Positions 1 through 12,562 of a stretch of DNA of 64,000 nucleotides are shown here, one piece after another. The translations under genes were made by a program, and so were the position numbers. Source of the DNA: Eledone cirrhosa (lineage: Eukaryota). Positions within the stretch are counted from its first letter, which is position 1. Every line of letters begins with the position of its first letter. The DNA is taken from positions 204,662,001-204,726,000 of the forward strand of contig OZ024743.1 of the NCBI GenBank assembly GCA_964016885.1, read 5' to 3'. Below the pieces are notes generated by a model. That model did no database searches and had not been told where the DNA came from. It was given only the letters and a program-made list of their open reading frames with translations.

Positions 1-1932
1 AGGTATTTGAGACTTTCATGTAAATTTCACATTTAATGGTTAAATAGTCATTTAATCATGGAACGGTTTAATCAAAAGCACTACCATATAAATGGCATAT
101 GCACATCATAAACACGTGACTTATGAAGTATCATAATAAAATAAAAGGAGGAGTGCGGGACTGCATCATGAATATATGTTTTTATCCTGTTAGTAAAATA
201 ACTTAGATTAATTTGATTAAATAATGGATGAATATTACATAATTTTTGTACTAAATTTCGTAGCTGTTAATTAAACATAAATTTTCTTATATATAATGAT
301 TGTTTATTCTAAGATTCACTTCTTTTAAAATTTTCAAATGTCTACACTTCTGCTTAGCATCTGTTATGTCATAACACTTATTAGATCGCTTATGTAAACG
401 TTCATATATTTGCATTGTTATATAAGTTTTATATTTCTGGCACTAATTTTCTCCTTTTTGTTTTCATAAAATTTCACCGTAATGCAATTTATATATAATA
501 TCGTCTTTATTAAATGTATCATGGATTACTTTACTGATTACAGAAGAGAGTGTAACACAGTCTCTATTCAATTTCTGTTTTATTTGAAGTATCATATCTA
601 CATGCATGTATATTCGCATATGCATACTACACATGCTAGCAGAAAACCACCTGAAGGGTCGTTTTTCTGCTAGTAAGTATAATGGTCAAGTTTTAAGATT
701 AAAATTCCAGCAAGAATACATGAGCTGCTGGTGAAGAAAAAAATAACTGCATAAAATGTATTAAATACACATGCCTGCAATCAAAGGTGCAGTAAAGTAA
801 AGCCACATGTGACTCTGTGTATACCTGCATTCATGTCTGTCTTTTTGTGTTGTTCATGTCACATATGTATTGGAAATTTCTTACCAGATGGCTCTAATCT
901 ATCTGAGCCATATTTTATTAACTCTGGTTTGTCATACAATTCAGTTATATATCTCTGAATAGTCTTTCTATACACAAAAGATTTAATTCATGTTAACCCT
1001 GTCCATATAAATGATAATACACAAGGATTTTAATTAAACAAACACTATTTGAAAATGTCATCCACTAGAAATGTGGCACTAGTCTCAATATATTTAATAC
1101 CTATTAACTCTTTATACCAAAACAAAACAAGAATGCACTTTACTTATTAATAAAAAAAAACTTACAGATTCTTCTCCAACTGACTGGCAGATGCTGAATC
1201 TACAAATACTATTCTGCATCATCTCTGCCTCTTCTACTTTTATAACAACAATTGCTGAGCCCTTGAAATTGAAAAACTTGAGCTATATTTGCAAAGCATC
1301 ATTGCCCACTCATATCTGTCAACCTCTAAAAATCCAAACGGGGAGTACCATGAAAAAAAATAATGAAAGCTATACCCATTTTCGCAAGAGAAGAGATCTC
1401 TCACCTACCCTAAAGTGGGTGGGAGATATCCCCATCGGACTGGGAGAGTTGACACACACACACGATTTCAAGAAACTTATTAAAATATTAATGTTGATCA
1501 CATTTTTCTTATTTCTATTTCAGTTATGATTCAAGGAACACCTTGTTTAATAAACAACACAAAGAATATTGAACATATAATGATGGTATATAGCAACAAA
1601 TCAATGCCCTTAATGAAGCAAGTGCAAATGAAAGAGATCTCAAAACCGCAATACTACGAAAAATATTGTCCGTATGTAGAGAAAAGTTATTTCTAAATAA
1701 TTCTTGATTCAGATATGCTGTAGAATTTTACAGTAATTAGGCACAAACCAGAATATTCTGCATTTGGATATCAACAGGGTTGACTCTCATCTCTCTAATT
1801 GATATAATATATAACAGCAATATACAATAATATGTACACCCTCCTCTTCAAATGTTTGACATGAAATTCACAGTGATATATATACATCAGGTTGTAGATA
1901 GATGTGTGTACCAGTTGTAGCAGTGGGTTCAT

Positions 1933-2325
1933 TATAATCATCATCATTTTACGTCCGCTTTTCCCTGCTTACAAGGGTGGGTCATGTCCTCTTCAGCACA
2001 GCATCTCTCCATTCGTCACGGTCCTTTGCCTTCTTCTCTGTGAGATTCAGCAATCTGAGGTCAGCTCTCACCACCGCCGCCCATGTTTTTCATGGTCTTC
2101 TTCTGCGTTTTCCTTTCCCCGGGATTTCTTTGCAGTAATCTTCCATGCACATCCCATGGTCATACCAACACAGTCTTCTCTCCCGCACACTACAGTTTAT
2201 CCCTCTTACACACAGTTTCACTCTCACCTCGTCCATGGTTGGTTGTACATGCACATTGATATTGCATATCCATTGGAGCATGCTTGCTACATTTCTTGCC
2301 AGCCTTCGCTGGATTGTCTGGTGTA
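1933..2325 (-). mobile_element. 3' end of an RTE-clade LINE (ORF C-terminus plus short ATG-type tail), decayed
   Basis: Minus ORF 2090-2281 (MLQWICNINV...VRERRLCWYDHGMCM...GKRRRRP, then KTW) matches the RTE C-terminal pattern MLRW..N...RRLRWYGHVMRM...GRP.KTW. It ends in atcatcatcatt on + (an ATG-repeat tail on -). Confidence 0.8.
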
Positions 2326-2721
2326 AATATAATATTCTAATTTAAACATTAAATATTCAATACTTTTTTAATCAAGTTGTATTAAATTATTTGAGGGAAT
2401 CATTCTTTAGATGTCATTACCTGTTTCGAAAATTCTTTATAAATTAAGAATTGTTTTGCCAGTTATGTGGAATGCAGCACAGAGAATGCTCAAAGGAACA
2501 GTGTGCTCTTGGTAAATAAACATACAATCTTACAATCATGGTACAAATGCCCTAATCCCTAAGTTATGCATGCATCTTCACATAACAAGCATATACACTC
2601 ATATGCATACACTTTTTTAAACATAGACTAGCTAAATATACCATTCTTTAGGTTTCACTTTCTCATTTAAATATCTACATAAGTTAAGAAAATCTTCAAT
2701 CTGTTACTTTTATTTTTACAG

Positions 2722-2917
2722 AATATTGAAATCAGCAAAGGATGAAATCGTTGTTAAGCTTAATTGCAAAAAGGAGTTTACTAAAGTACTCAAAGAATAT
2801 TTCCATGATCTCATGTCTCAGAAGTGTAAAGATATCACTTCAGATGGTATAAAACCAGCCATAAATGTTTACTTCATTGCGTTATCCATACTAAGTATTC
2901 TTTTTACTATTGCTTAA
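2722..2917 (+). CDS. Putative terminal coding exon of a Cys-containing secreted protein with a GPI-signal-like C-terminus (gene copy A, upstream exons outside the window)
   Basis: Acceptor tttatttttacag ends at 2721. Phase-2 open frame ILKSAKDEIVVKLNCKKEFTKVLKEYFHDLMSQKCKDITSDG-IKPAINVYFIALSILSILFTIA-stop: small residues, spacer, then a hydrophobic tail. The window starts with AG|GTATTT, a possible phase-2 donor giving AG+A=Arg. Confidence 0.55.
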
Positions 2918-3793
2918 AAAACATTAATTTATACTGATATTTCAATATTTTATATTATATAAGCTGATATCAATATAATCACTATAATCGTTATCAATAT
3001 AATCAATTGTTCTCTTCCCTAATTTAAGGCTCTGTACCAATGTTAGTAATCAATATAATATGCTTACATTTTAAGTTTTATATTTTTATTTTCATACATT
3101 CTTTTTTTATTCATTTTAAAATCCGCTTGTAATGGCATCCTATTTTTAGCAAATAAAATAAAACCATTATGATTAAATTTTGTTTTTGTTATTAATATTA
3201 TCACATTCTGTTTCATGCTGAATCCCCTTGAGAACTGCCTTAAAGGTACACAAGTTTGCGTAATGCTCAGTCACGTTAATGTTCTATAATAATGGCCACT
3301 GAAATACTGATCCCAAATTTGTGAACAGAAAATATGTTGGGACCCTTCTGGCTGATTCCCACTATGGTTTCCTTTTCGTAAAATTACTGGTATGTTTTTC
3401 ACACTTGATGTATATTCTGAAGACAAGGATCTGGTCGTACTAGCTTTTAATAACACGTAATTGAAATATTGATCGATTGAAATATTGATAGATTGGATTT
3501 TGACCTTCCCCTTCGAAACAATTGTAAATTAATAAACACTTCTTCATGAATTTTGGTGGAATTTCTCTAATTATAATGTTGATATTTACGCTTTGCCTTT
3601 ATATTTAATGTTTGGCTTATAGTTTATTTTGCCTTCTCTGAACACTTATCTTGCATGCTTTACACATGGAGTACATTGCCCTCCTTGCTCCTGTAATTTC
3701 CTTTTCACAAACTAATCTCTACACTCTCTTCTTGGATTGGATTGTACACGTACCTATGATATATACATATATATAAAAAAAGAGAGTATAAAG

Positions 3794-4560
3794 CGGAGGT
3801 GTGCAACATATTCCATTAGCAGGCCACTTTTGATCATTGGAACAACTATTAGGACCAGTCTCTGTCAGAAATATGTAATCTAATGAAAACCAGTGAATTG
3901 AGTCATAAATACATTGTGAATACATTTTTAAACAATAAAAACCAATAAAATATAATTTAGTTTTATCAATGTAAGACTTGGTATTTGGTGTTTTTCCACA
4001 ATTTATCAATGTCTGGTTTGACTGATGTGATGTGGTGGCAACTCGAAGCTGACTGGTCAGATATTCAATAGTGAGCTGACTTCGGTATCTATTCCTAGTA
4101 AATTTCATTCTTGAAAAGAACTGCTCACAACAATATGTGCTGCCAAAAAAAATTGTCATTTTCCTAGCATGTTGCTCCAAATTTGGATGATTACCACATA
4201 CATAATTTTTGTAGAAAGTTACCAAATCATTGTTATCAAATGCTCTTCTCAAGTGCATATCAGACTGCAAATCTATCAGCTTCATTTGGAAACAATTAGG
4301 ACTGTCTCTTCAGGTGCCATGTCAAATGGCTGACAAAACAGTTTGAACTCAGTTTCACATTTCCTGAAATCAGCAAATCTGCTTATAAATTTAGCATGCA
4401 ACTTGCCAACACATTCAGCATATTTGGAACAATCCAAATCTGGCATTTCTGCTTTTCTGACAGCTAGACTGGGAAAATGAATAAGTGCTGTTCTACTCAG
4501 CTGAGTCTGAAAAAGTTGCAGTTTCTTTTCAAACGAACAAATGCGTTCAAACATCTTGTT
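3794..4560 (-). mobile_element. 3' part of a hAT DNA transposon (Buster/SPIN, GTF2IRD2-like transposase), frameshifted and 5'-truncated
   Basis: Minus ORFs 4282-4554 and 3719-4285 give FEKKLQLF..QL...HFPSL, KLIDLQSD and FGSTYCCEQFFSRMK..RNRYRSQLT (hAT C-terminal dimerisation motif). A degenerate TIR cggaggtgtgcaac...gcaggccac starts at 3794, preceded by gtaTAaag, which fits the Buster nnnTAnnn 8-bp target consensus. Confidence 0.85.
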
Positions 4561-4564
4561 TTCC

Positions 4565-5582
4565 AGATGACTTTTCCTGAGAAGGGGGAGGACAGTCGAA
4601 GTCAGAGAGCTTGGGATATCATAAGTTCGAAGGCCACCTTCGAATCCCTCTTCGTCCAGTTGGGTCAGTTTACAAGGTGCCGCTTACTATCTGCTCGCAC
4701 CAAATACTCAGGTGACTGGGTTGATGCTCTACCCATGGCTAACATTGGTGGCCTACTCAGCTTGGATGAACTTCGTGTCTCTATTGCCCTCACTGTGGTA
4801 GCTGACGTCTGTACAGGTTTGAGTTGTATATGTGGAAAACTGCTCGACTCCACAGTATTTCTTGCTGCCTGAATGCCGGTCACTTCGCACGTCACACGGA
4901 GCTAAACCTTATTCTCAAGAGATCTTTGGCCCGGGCGAACATCCCCTCAATCTTGGAACCTTCTGGGCTGTCCAGGAGTGATGGGAAAAGACCTGACAAC
5001 CTTACCCTGTGCCCCTGCTCGAGAGGCAGGTGCCTTGTCTGGGACGTCACAGTTAGTGACTCTTTTGCTTCTTCCCTCATCCTGGATGCTGCAGTTAGGG
5101 CGAGAGCCACAGCTTCCGCAGCTGAACGGAGCAAAATCCTAAAATACTGGGATATGTCGGTCAACTACATTTTCCAGCCTGTGGCGTTCGAGACATTTGG
5201 AGGAGTCAGGCTGCTGACTGCGAGATTATCTTCACTGGCGGCTCGCCTATCAGAGGTAACTGGTGAATCTCACAAGTGCGCTTGGTTCTTCCAACGCATC
5301 ATCCTGGCCATCACCCGGGGAAACGCTGCCAGCATGCTGGCTTGCCTAAAAAAATCATTGGAGAGGTTTCCCAGTGCTCCTCACGATACTGCTATCTTTT
5401 GCTCTGGTAGTGGTTCGGTTGTCCACCCCTTCTATATATATTATTTGTGTTTGCTTTCATCCTGTAAGCATTGTATTATTATATTTCTATTTCTTTTTAT
5501 TTATAATATTATTATATATTTTTTGTATTTGTAATTTGAATAAAATATCACTACAGTTTAGTGTCGTTGAGTAAAAAAAAAA
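4565..5582 (+). mobile_element. 3' end of a CRE-like non-LTR retrotransposon (zinc knuckle plus restriction-like endonuclease), frameshifted
   Basis: ORFs 4477-4872 and 4824-5534 give SQRAWD, RLLSA...SGDWVDALP, CICG...HSISC, RHTELN, LEPSGLSRSDGKRPD.LTL.P..RG..LVWDVTV.D, PVAFETFG and FQRI..AI.RGNA. An AT-rich 3' UTR with AATAAA and an A-tail follows at about 5573-5582. Confidence 0.85.
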
Positions 5583-5651
5583 TTCATTAATGTTAAGAAT
5601 AAAAAAAAGTAATGGGTGTATTAATGGTAGTTTATCTTCTTTACTATAAAT

Positions 5652-5834
5652 AATTGTTTCTACTTTAGGCACAAGGCCAGCAATTAACCAGTATATTACT
5701 GGTACTTTATTTTATCGACCCCGTAAGGATGAAAGGCAAAGTTAACCTCGGCGAGATTTGAACTCAGACTGTAAAGGGACGTAACTATGCTAGAAAGCAT
5801 GGCGTCCAACCCTCTACCGATACTGCCAATTCAC
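5652..5834 (-). mobile_element. tRNA-derived SINE (family A)
   Basis: Minus strand reads ttggcagtatcggtagag (A box), gagttcaaatc (B box), core gcctttcatccttacggggtcgataaaataaagtaccag and tail ggccttgtgcc..gtagaaacaatt. At least 8 further copies occur in the window. Confidence 0.85.
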
Positions 5835-6152
5835 AATGGATGCAAAATACTGCTTTATAAATAAAATTGTTGTCTCCCCTGAACCATGTTATTATGGTTG
5901 CGTGCCATAAATGTAGTTTGTGTTGCATTTGATGTTAATGTTTATCAGTTTAAGAAACGATTGGCGTGAGGCAGATGACTCCTAAGAGATTGTAAAAATA
6001 ACAGTTAACTAGCAATAGAACTGGTTACAAAATCAATGAATCTGACAATGTTCCTACCTCCATAAGAAGGCTGACACCCCCACCCCCACCCCACCACACC
6101 CCCTATATAGGTATACGAGAAATCGCTTATCGGTGTTAATCTCTTTACACGT

Positions 6153-6338
<186 letters not shown>

Positions 6339-6390
6339 TAATAAAAACAATGAAATAAACACAAAGAACAATTTCCTTATATTAAAAAAT

Positions 6391-6518
6391 TCATCATTTT
6401 ACGATCGTTTCTGGGATGTATGTGTGTTGGTATCATATAGATCAATGTAAAAATATTACAAATTATCAGAGGAAATATACATACCTTCACATATACATGC
6501 CGTCCTCAGAAATGATGA
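6391..6518 (-). ncRNA. Minimal type I hammerhead ribozyme motif with extended stem II
   Basis: Minus strand: stem I tcatcattt/aaatgatga (9 bp), core CTGAGGA, long imperfect stem II (cggcatgtatatgtg...cacacatacatccca), then GAAAC-gatc-GTA with a palindromic ACGATCGT stem III. Confidence 0.75.
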
Positions 6519-6741
6519 GATGTGTTTATTGAAAAAAACAAAGAATTAGTATAAAGGGTCTGTTTGGGAACATATTTTGAATTGACCAATAGAAAAGGAG
6601 TTAGAGGTCAAGTTGATAGAATGACAGTAGTAGAAATTAAATCCAGGGGTATAGGAGTGCAGACTTATGCTTTGAATGAAAAGAATACTATGGAGATGAA
6701 ATGAGGTCAAGTCAAGAAGATAGTGAATGGTACTCGAACAT

Positions 6742-7118
6742 TTGATGTTATTAAACAATATTGTTAAAAACGAAGGAAAATAAAATTTTAGGTGCGAAAC
6801 CTATTAGTAAGAAACACCTATCTTATTTAAACCACAAGGAATCTAGATATATAACAAGAACTTAAATTAACTGATAGGTATACTTACAGGGATAATATTA
6901 TAATAATTCATATGAATGTGATAAATAAAAACTTGATGTTATTAAAGAGTGTTGTTAAAAACGAAGGAAAATAAAATTTTGGGATAAGGGTATTAGTGAG
7001 AAATACCAATCTTATTTAAACTACAGGGAATCTAAATACATAACAGGAAATTAAATTAATTTATAGGTATACTTACAGGGATGAAATAATATTAATTCAT
7101 ATGAATGTGATAAATAAA
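6742..7118. repeat. Two diverged direct copies of a ~191-bp unit in the Penelope 3' region
   Basis: ttgatgttattaaa...ttgttaaaaacgaaggaaaataaaatttt...ataggtatacttacagggat...aattcatatgaatgtgataaataaa starts at both 6742 and 6933. Confidence 0.9.
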
Positions 7119-8929
7119 GAAGTAAGACATTAAAGCAATAAAAAATAAAAAATAAATATATGGAAAAACTGAAGTAGATAAAAATTTTTATAAACATTTT
7201 TATACGGACATTGATAATATTAAAGATATTAATTATATTTAATAATCATAGGTATTAAATGTGATAAATAGGGGATGCGACTAATTGAAGTAGTGTGATT
7301 AAAAATAATTTTAGGAAAAGAGAGCTGTAAGAGGGAAATAAAAATATGAAATTCTCTGTAGTAAAATACTAATTATAGGTTAACTAAATAAAAAAAAAAC
7401 AATTATAATAATTTGTAAAATATAAGAGTAAGGTGTATATTAATTAGGTTTATAATATTTGAAGGTTCTTCTAATTCTATGATTGCAAGATATAATTAAT
7501 TCCTGTCGCTTATTTAGTAGGATATCCTTAGATTTCATGATTTCAAAAAGTTCTTGGGAGCATAACCTACACTCGTATCTGCTATTTTGATAAGGGGTGG
7601 CACTTTTGAGCCCGCTCCAGGTCAGGTTGTAATCGATGTTCTTCTTTCTATAATTATTAATTGTTTCAGCCAAAGATGTTGTATTAGCTAATGCGGCATT
7701 TTAAAAACTATGTTTGTGGGTATTAAATCTTACTTTAAATTGGTTAGACGTAGCTCCTATATATGAATAAGTGGAGTCCTTAGTGCTAATTTTACATTTA
7801 TAGACTATGTTATTAATAAGACAATTACCCTTTAATGGGCAATTTCTTTTGATTCTACAGTTATAACCATTCGTGAATATTATATCGGGAGTTAGTCAAA
7901 TTTGGTGTGGCATGTACAGGACTTTTTATAGGTGAAGGAGATGATGGTTTGTTATGGTTTATTTTAGTATTATTATGGTTGGTTTGATGTGTTGGTGGTA
8001 AATTTATGGTTTTTTTTACACTTATATGCGTTGTACGCACTTATATTCTGTTGTATATTTTTGGTAGTGGAGTAGGAAAATTTGACTGTAGATCTATTTA
8101 AAATTTGATGGTATTTATGGTTTGGTGGGAAGTTTTTCTCTAGGCTAGCAAATAAATTTTTAGGGATATGGTCTTTAATTTGTAGATTAAATGGAGCATT
8201 ATACCAAGTAGCCCGTCTATTACGGTTTCGATATTGTTTCTTATATTTATACGATGTATCAGGAGGTTTACTAAGAGAGTTACTATTAGTGATTTTATTA
8301 TATATAGGTTTAGTTAGATTAACTGATTTTGGTGTTTTAGTCTGATTATTAGGAATTTTGTTAGTAATGTTGTTAACATATGTTGGAGTATTAGGATAAA
8401 TGGATTTTTGAAAGTCATTATATTTTATGTGAGAAGAGGTAGAGAAATTAAGTTTTAGGTTGGTGTTTTTAGGTGTAATATGAGTGGCATTTAGGTGTGG
8501 GATTTTCATTTGGTGTTTGTTGGTAATATTAGGTTGTATGTTTGAAATATTATTGGTGCAAGGTATGTATACTAATTTGTTTTTCTGGCCACTTCTAGCT
8601 AAAGCTTCGTTATAAAAGGGCACGTTTTCATCGAATACATCCTGATTTGATGAAAGGTTAGAGATCCTGAGTGAGATGTTATATGCTAGGTTTTTAAGGA
8701 TAGATCTAGGGTGATTGGATTGTGAGTGTATGTAATGCAAGTTTTGGTTAGGTTTATGGTAAGGTTGGTAGATACCCGTAGATAGGTCCAAAGTTATATC
8801 TAGGAAATTGACTATTTTACTGGTGTTTTCAAATGTAATAGTGGAAAGTTCTAAGTTTTTATATAAAAGTGGGGAAGCCAAGGACTACAAACTCCATAAT
8901 GTGATGAAACAATTCACTGATTTACAATA

Positions 8930-9520
8930 CCCATATCAAACTGCCTAACTGTTAACAGAATTAGACTATTTCACTAATTTTAGAGGTAAAACGACTAATC
9001 TCGATGGTTTGTCGAAAGTACATTAATTAATTAAGGAGATATGCAAAATGAGGAAAAACAATTGTGTTAATATACTCACAACCCCTGACTTAAATCCTAT
9101 TATAGCAGACTCAATTAGCAAAACACACCGTCTAAGCAATTTCTTTTATTTAAACCTCTCCTCAAACATATTGGAAGTTTTATATTAGATGATTTAGATT
9201 TTCTCAACCCTCTACCAGTTTATGTAAGCCAAAACACTTACATGGTCTCATTGGATGTTGTGACCCTATACAGTAACATTCCACACGATTACGTAATGGA
9301 AACGATTAAATACTGGCCAGACTCATTCCCTTATCAACTACCAAACTGCTTACATGGTCTCATTGGATGTTGTGAGCCTATACAGTAACATATCACACGA
9401 TTATGTAATGGAAACGATTAAATACTGGCTAGACTCATCCCTTATCAACTACCAAACCTCTTCAATAAAAATTTCATCATAAACGGACTCGAATTCATTA
9501 ACCTGAAACGCATATATTTC
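8930..9520 (+). mobile_element. Decayed RT fragment (N-terminal motifs) of a second Penelope-like family, with an internal 112-bp tandem duplication
   Basis: Translation gives GLSKVH, LNPIIA...THRLS, KPLLKHIGSFILDDLDFL..LP and MVSLDVVTLYSNIPH...TIKYW. Segment 9237-9348 is repeated at 9349-9457. Confidence 0.75.
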
Positions 9521-9574
9521 AAACCTTCTTGAACATGGTCAAACTACACTAAACTGGTAACTCCGAATCACACT

Positions 9575-9776
<202 letters not shown>

Positions 9777-10182
9777 AGAAAATATGACCCGGACGGCAGA
9801 GCTCAAGCCGTTTCGATGGCTATTTCTGGACTAAATTAGAATTTTTAGCCTGGTGAATAAATACCCGAACTTGTCAAGGGGGTACTTCCTTATATGGGAA
9901 GATTGTAGTTGTCAAGAGGATTGGTTAAAATTTGTTGTAAACACAAATAAGTCTATCATGGCATTTGGTGCGAGATAGGGGTGGCTGAACTTGCCTGTAG
10001 AACAATAGGGGAGTGAGTGGAGCGGTCAGCTTGTAGAAATTGAGTAGTACCAAAACTGATACAAAATTAAAAGGGTTTAACACGTCTGCTATAAGTAGTT
10101 AGTAAAACGTATTCGGCCAATTCTATTTTCAAATTACAAGGGTGGGGGAACTGATGCTACAGAGGCCCGATGGGCTGTATCG

Positions 10183-12315
10183 TCTTCGGCCAGGCGCGTT
10201 CGTCTGGCAACCCTAACATGGTCTCTTGCGAGCTAACTTCAAAACGGTAACAAATAACTTTACTTCATTCTTTCATCTACTCATGGGCATGTCAACTATA
10301 CTATTCTACATAACTTCAACTTGTTAATTAAACTTTATACACACAACGGAGTCTCCTGTTATATTCATACACACCAGTATTTTGTTATAAGTGGTGACCC
10401 CGAAAAAAGAAAAAAATGATAGGATCTGGTGTTGTGTGAATATATATAAAAAAATTAATTAACAGTACCTCATTTTCGTTGGAGTGTGTCGACCACATTT
10501 CGAATACGCAGCAAACTTTATTAACAAAGACACAGAAACTAACACACGCACATGTGAAATTCAGACAGACTCTTCTTCTCTCACCTAACGTGATATTATT
10601 TTTATTCGGACTAAGAAATCTCTCAGACCTCCTTAAACATGGATTTCTCTCCGCATATACTGTCTCATAACGAACACATCAAAAAAAAAAAAAAAAAAAT
10701 TCTTTCTCAGCAAGCAAAATAAACAGAAAATTTTGCCTTTCATGCACGTGTCGTACATCAACTATGTGTCGCATTTCACTGGATGTATATATATGTTTTT
10801 CGTTTCTTCTTACAACGAACACTTTAAAAAAAAGAGAAATTTGATTTTTTTTTTTTACACATTTCAACATTTATTTTCGCTGAATCTCAACTATTGCTTA
10901 TTTCTTCCGCCAAGCATTTTTCATCGTTCACAAAAAAGTTGAACTCGCCATATTTGTTATACCAAGTGAAGCCTTTCTTTCTTTTTCATCATATTATCAC
11001 GTTCACACACACATTTTTCAAAATGGCTGCCAACGACCTGTTGTACTATCATTTTTGCGCCATTTTCTCGCGCAATAAAAATATATTTTTTTCCACTTGA
11101 CTTTAACCTTGTTTCGGCACGTAATGGGAGCACACATCTCGACTCACTGAGATAACACACGCCATAGATAATGTTTCTTGCCAAGGATTCTTCAGCCTTA
11201 AGCTATATTCTCCTATTTTCCGGTTTAAAAATTTACCTCGTAAATTTGCCGTTGAAAACTGCGCATTTATTCAGAATGCTTATTTCTTTGGTCGCTGGCC
11301 TGTTGACCCTTCCAGGTCAACGCATTCTCAACATCGACCATCAACTGTGGCTGTTATTACTAGCACTTTGCGCAACTCATCTTTTCTGGGAAAGATTTCA
11401 CTGAACGGAAACAACATCGAATACGCTCACTCCGCGAGACAACAACATCAACAACCAAAACCAGCAGAACAAAACAGAGAACTTATTTTTGCAGCACTCT
11501 TCCTGTGAGAAAGTCCCACCGATTTTCACGTTGCACCACAGTCTACAAACCACCTGCATACATTCTCTGGATGACACACTTTCTTTCCTGTTGTCATGTG
11601 ATTGCACACATGTGAATTGTATTTTGAACATTTGAACTTTGACCTCTTCTTTTACTTTGATTACATTGTATATTTGAGTGATGGATTGATAGATGTCCAG
11701 TCGTTCTCTGGCCAAGAGCGGTTGGCTACCTTGATATCTATCATTGATTTTTGCATGCATATATCTTGCTGTTTTCCTTTTATTGCAAACATTATTTTTT
11801 TCGTAATTTTCATGCCTGGACTTTGGTATTACATGCTCGCCATCTTACTCCATACATGGTTCATTCGATTTTTATATTAAAAAAATCTGGCGGGAGTTAA
11901 TGCAGCAAGAGTTGCCTCCCTTGTTATGACAATCACATCACCGCTCTCTAGACAGGAAGAAGCTGGAGTTACTTCCCGTTGGGGTGGCAGAACCCTCTTT
12001 GTCACTTCCGTCTTGGACCCTATAAGAGGGATACTCAGAGCGATCTCTCTCTCATTTGCCCTTTCGGTGCGTTCGCCGATGCTTCACTCTCTTCTAACCT
12101 GCCTGGCTCTTCGGCCAGGCGCGTTCGTCTGGCAACCCTAACATGGTCTCTTGCGAGCTAACTTCAAAACGGTAACAAATAACTTTACTTCATTCTTTCA
12201 TCTACTCAAGGGCATGTCAACTATACTATTCTACATAACTTCAACTTGTTAATTAAACTTTATATACACAACTGAGCATATTTGTTATATTCATACACAC
12301 CAGTATTTTGTTATA
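10183..12315 (+). mobile_element. Non-autonomous Gypsy-type LTR retroelement: partial 5' LTR 10183-10389, tRNA-Trp PBS, ~1.5-kb non-coding interior, PPT, full 3' LTR 11901-12315
   Basis: A ~207-bp direct repeat (10183-10389 vs ~12108-12315). TGGTGACCCCG at 10392-10402 is complementary to the tRNA-Trp 3' end. ctggcgggagttaa precedes TGCAGCAAGAG at 11901. No gag/pol motifs recognised inside. Confidence 0.8.
10417..10681 (-). mobile_element. Probable solo LTR nested just downstream of the PBS
   Basis: Bounded by TGAT...ATCA with A-runs on both sides (compatible with a TSD). AATAAA lies on the minus strand. Its minus-strand 3' end tatattcacacaacaccag resembles the host LTR end tatattcatacacaccag. 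Confidence 0.55.
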
Positions 12316-12562
12316 GAATATAACAAGTTTTGGATGTATTAATTGTTTTCACTACATAGGCTTGATGACTTGTTATAAAATGTGTTAGCCAGCGGTATGT
12401 GTTGTTGCTTTCTTAAGGAGGTGTTGAGTATTTTGTGTTTAAATACAGGGCCGGACTTTCACCTGCTGAAATCCTAAGCTATATAAAATTTGAGGCCCTT
12501 CTCTAAAACAATTCGGATAAAAAATTAAAAATAATTAGACATGATTATCATTTATATTATAA

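Noticed and set aside
636-673. Hairpin ctagcagaaaa...ttttctgctag as a Helitron end or terminator
   Set aside because: Only 11-bp arms, the geometry does not fit a Helitron 3' end, and it occurs once.
3200-3718. Possible decayed RT on the minus strand (GSSQGDS resembling QGD.LS)
   Set aside because: One weak motif among many stops; not supportable.
8860-9520. 5' inversion of a single Penelope element at ~8881
   Set aside because: The plus-strand RT piece (SLDVVTLYSNIPH type) looks like a different Penelope lineage from the minus-strand element, so independent fragments are more likely. A consensus alignment would settle it.
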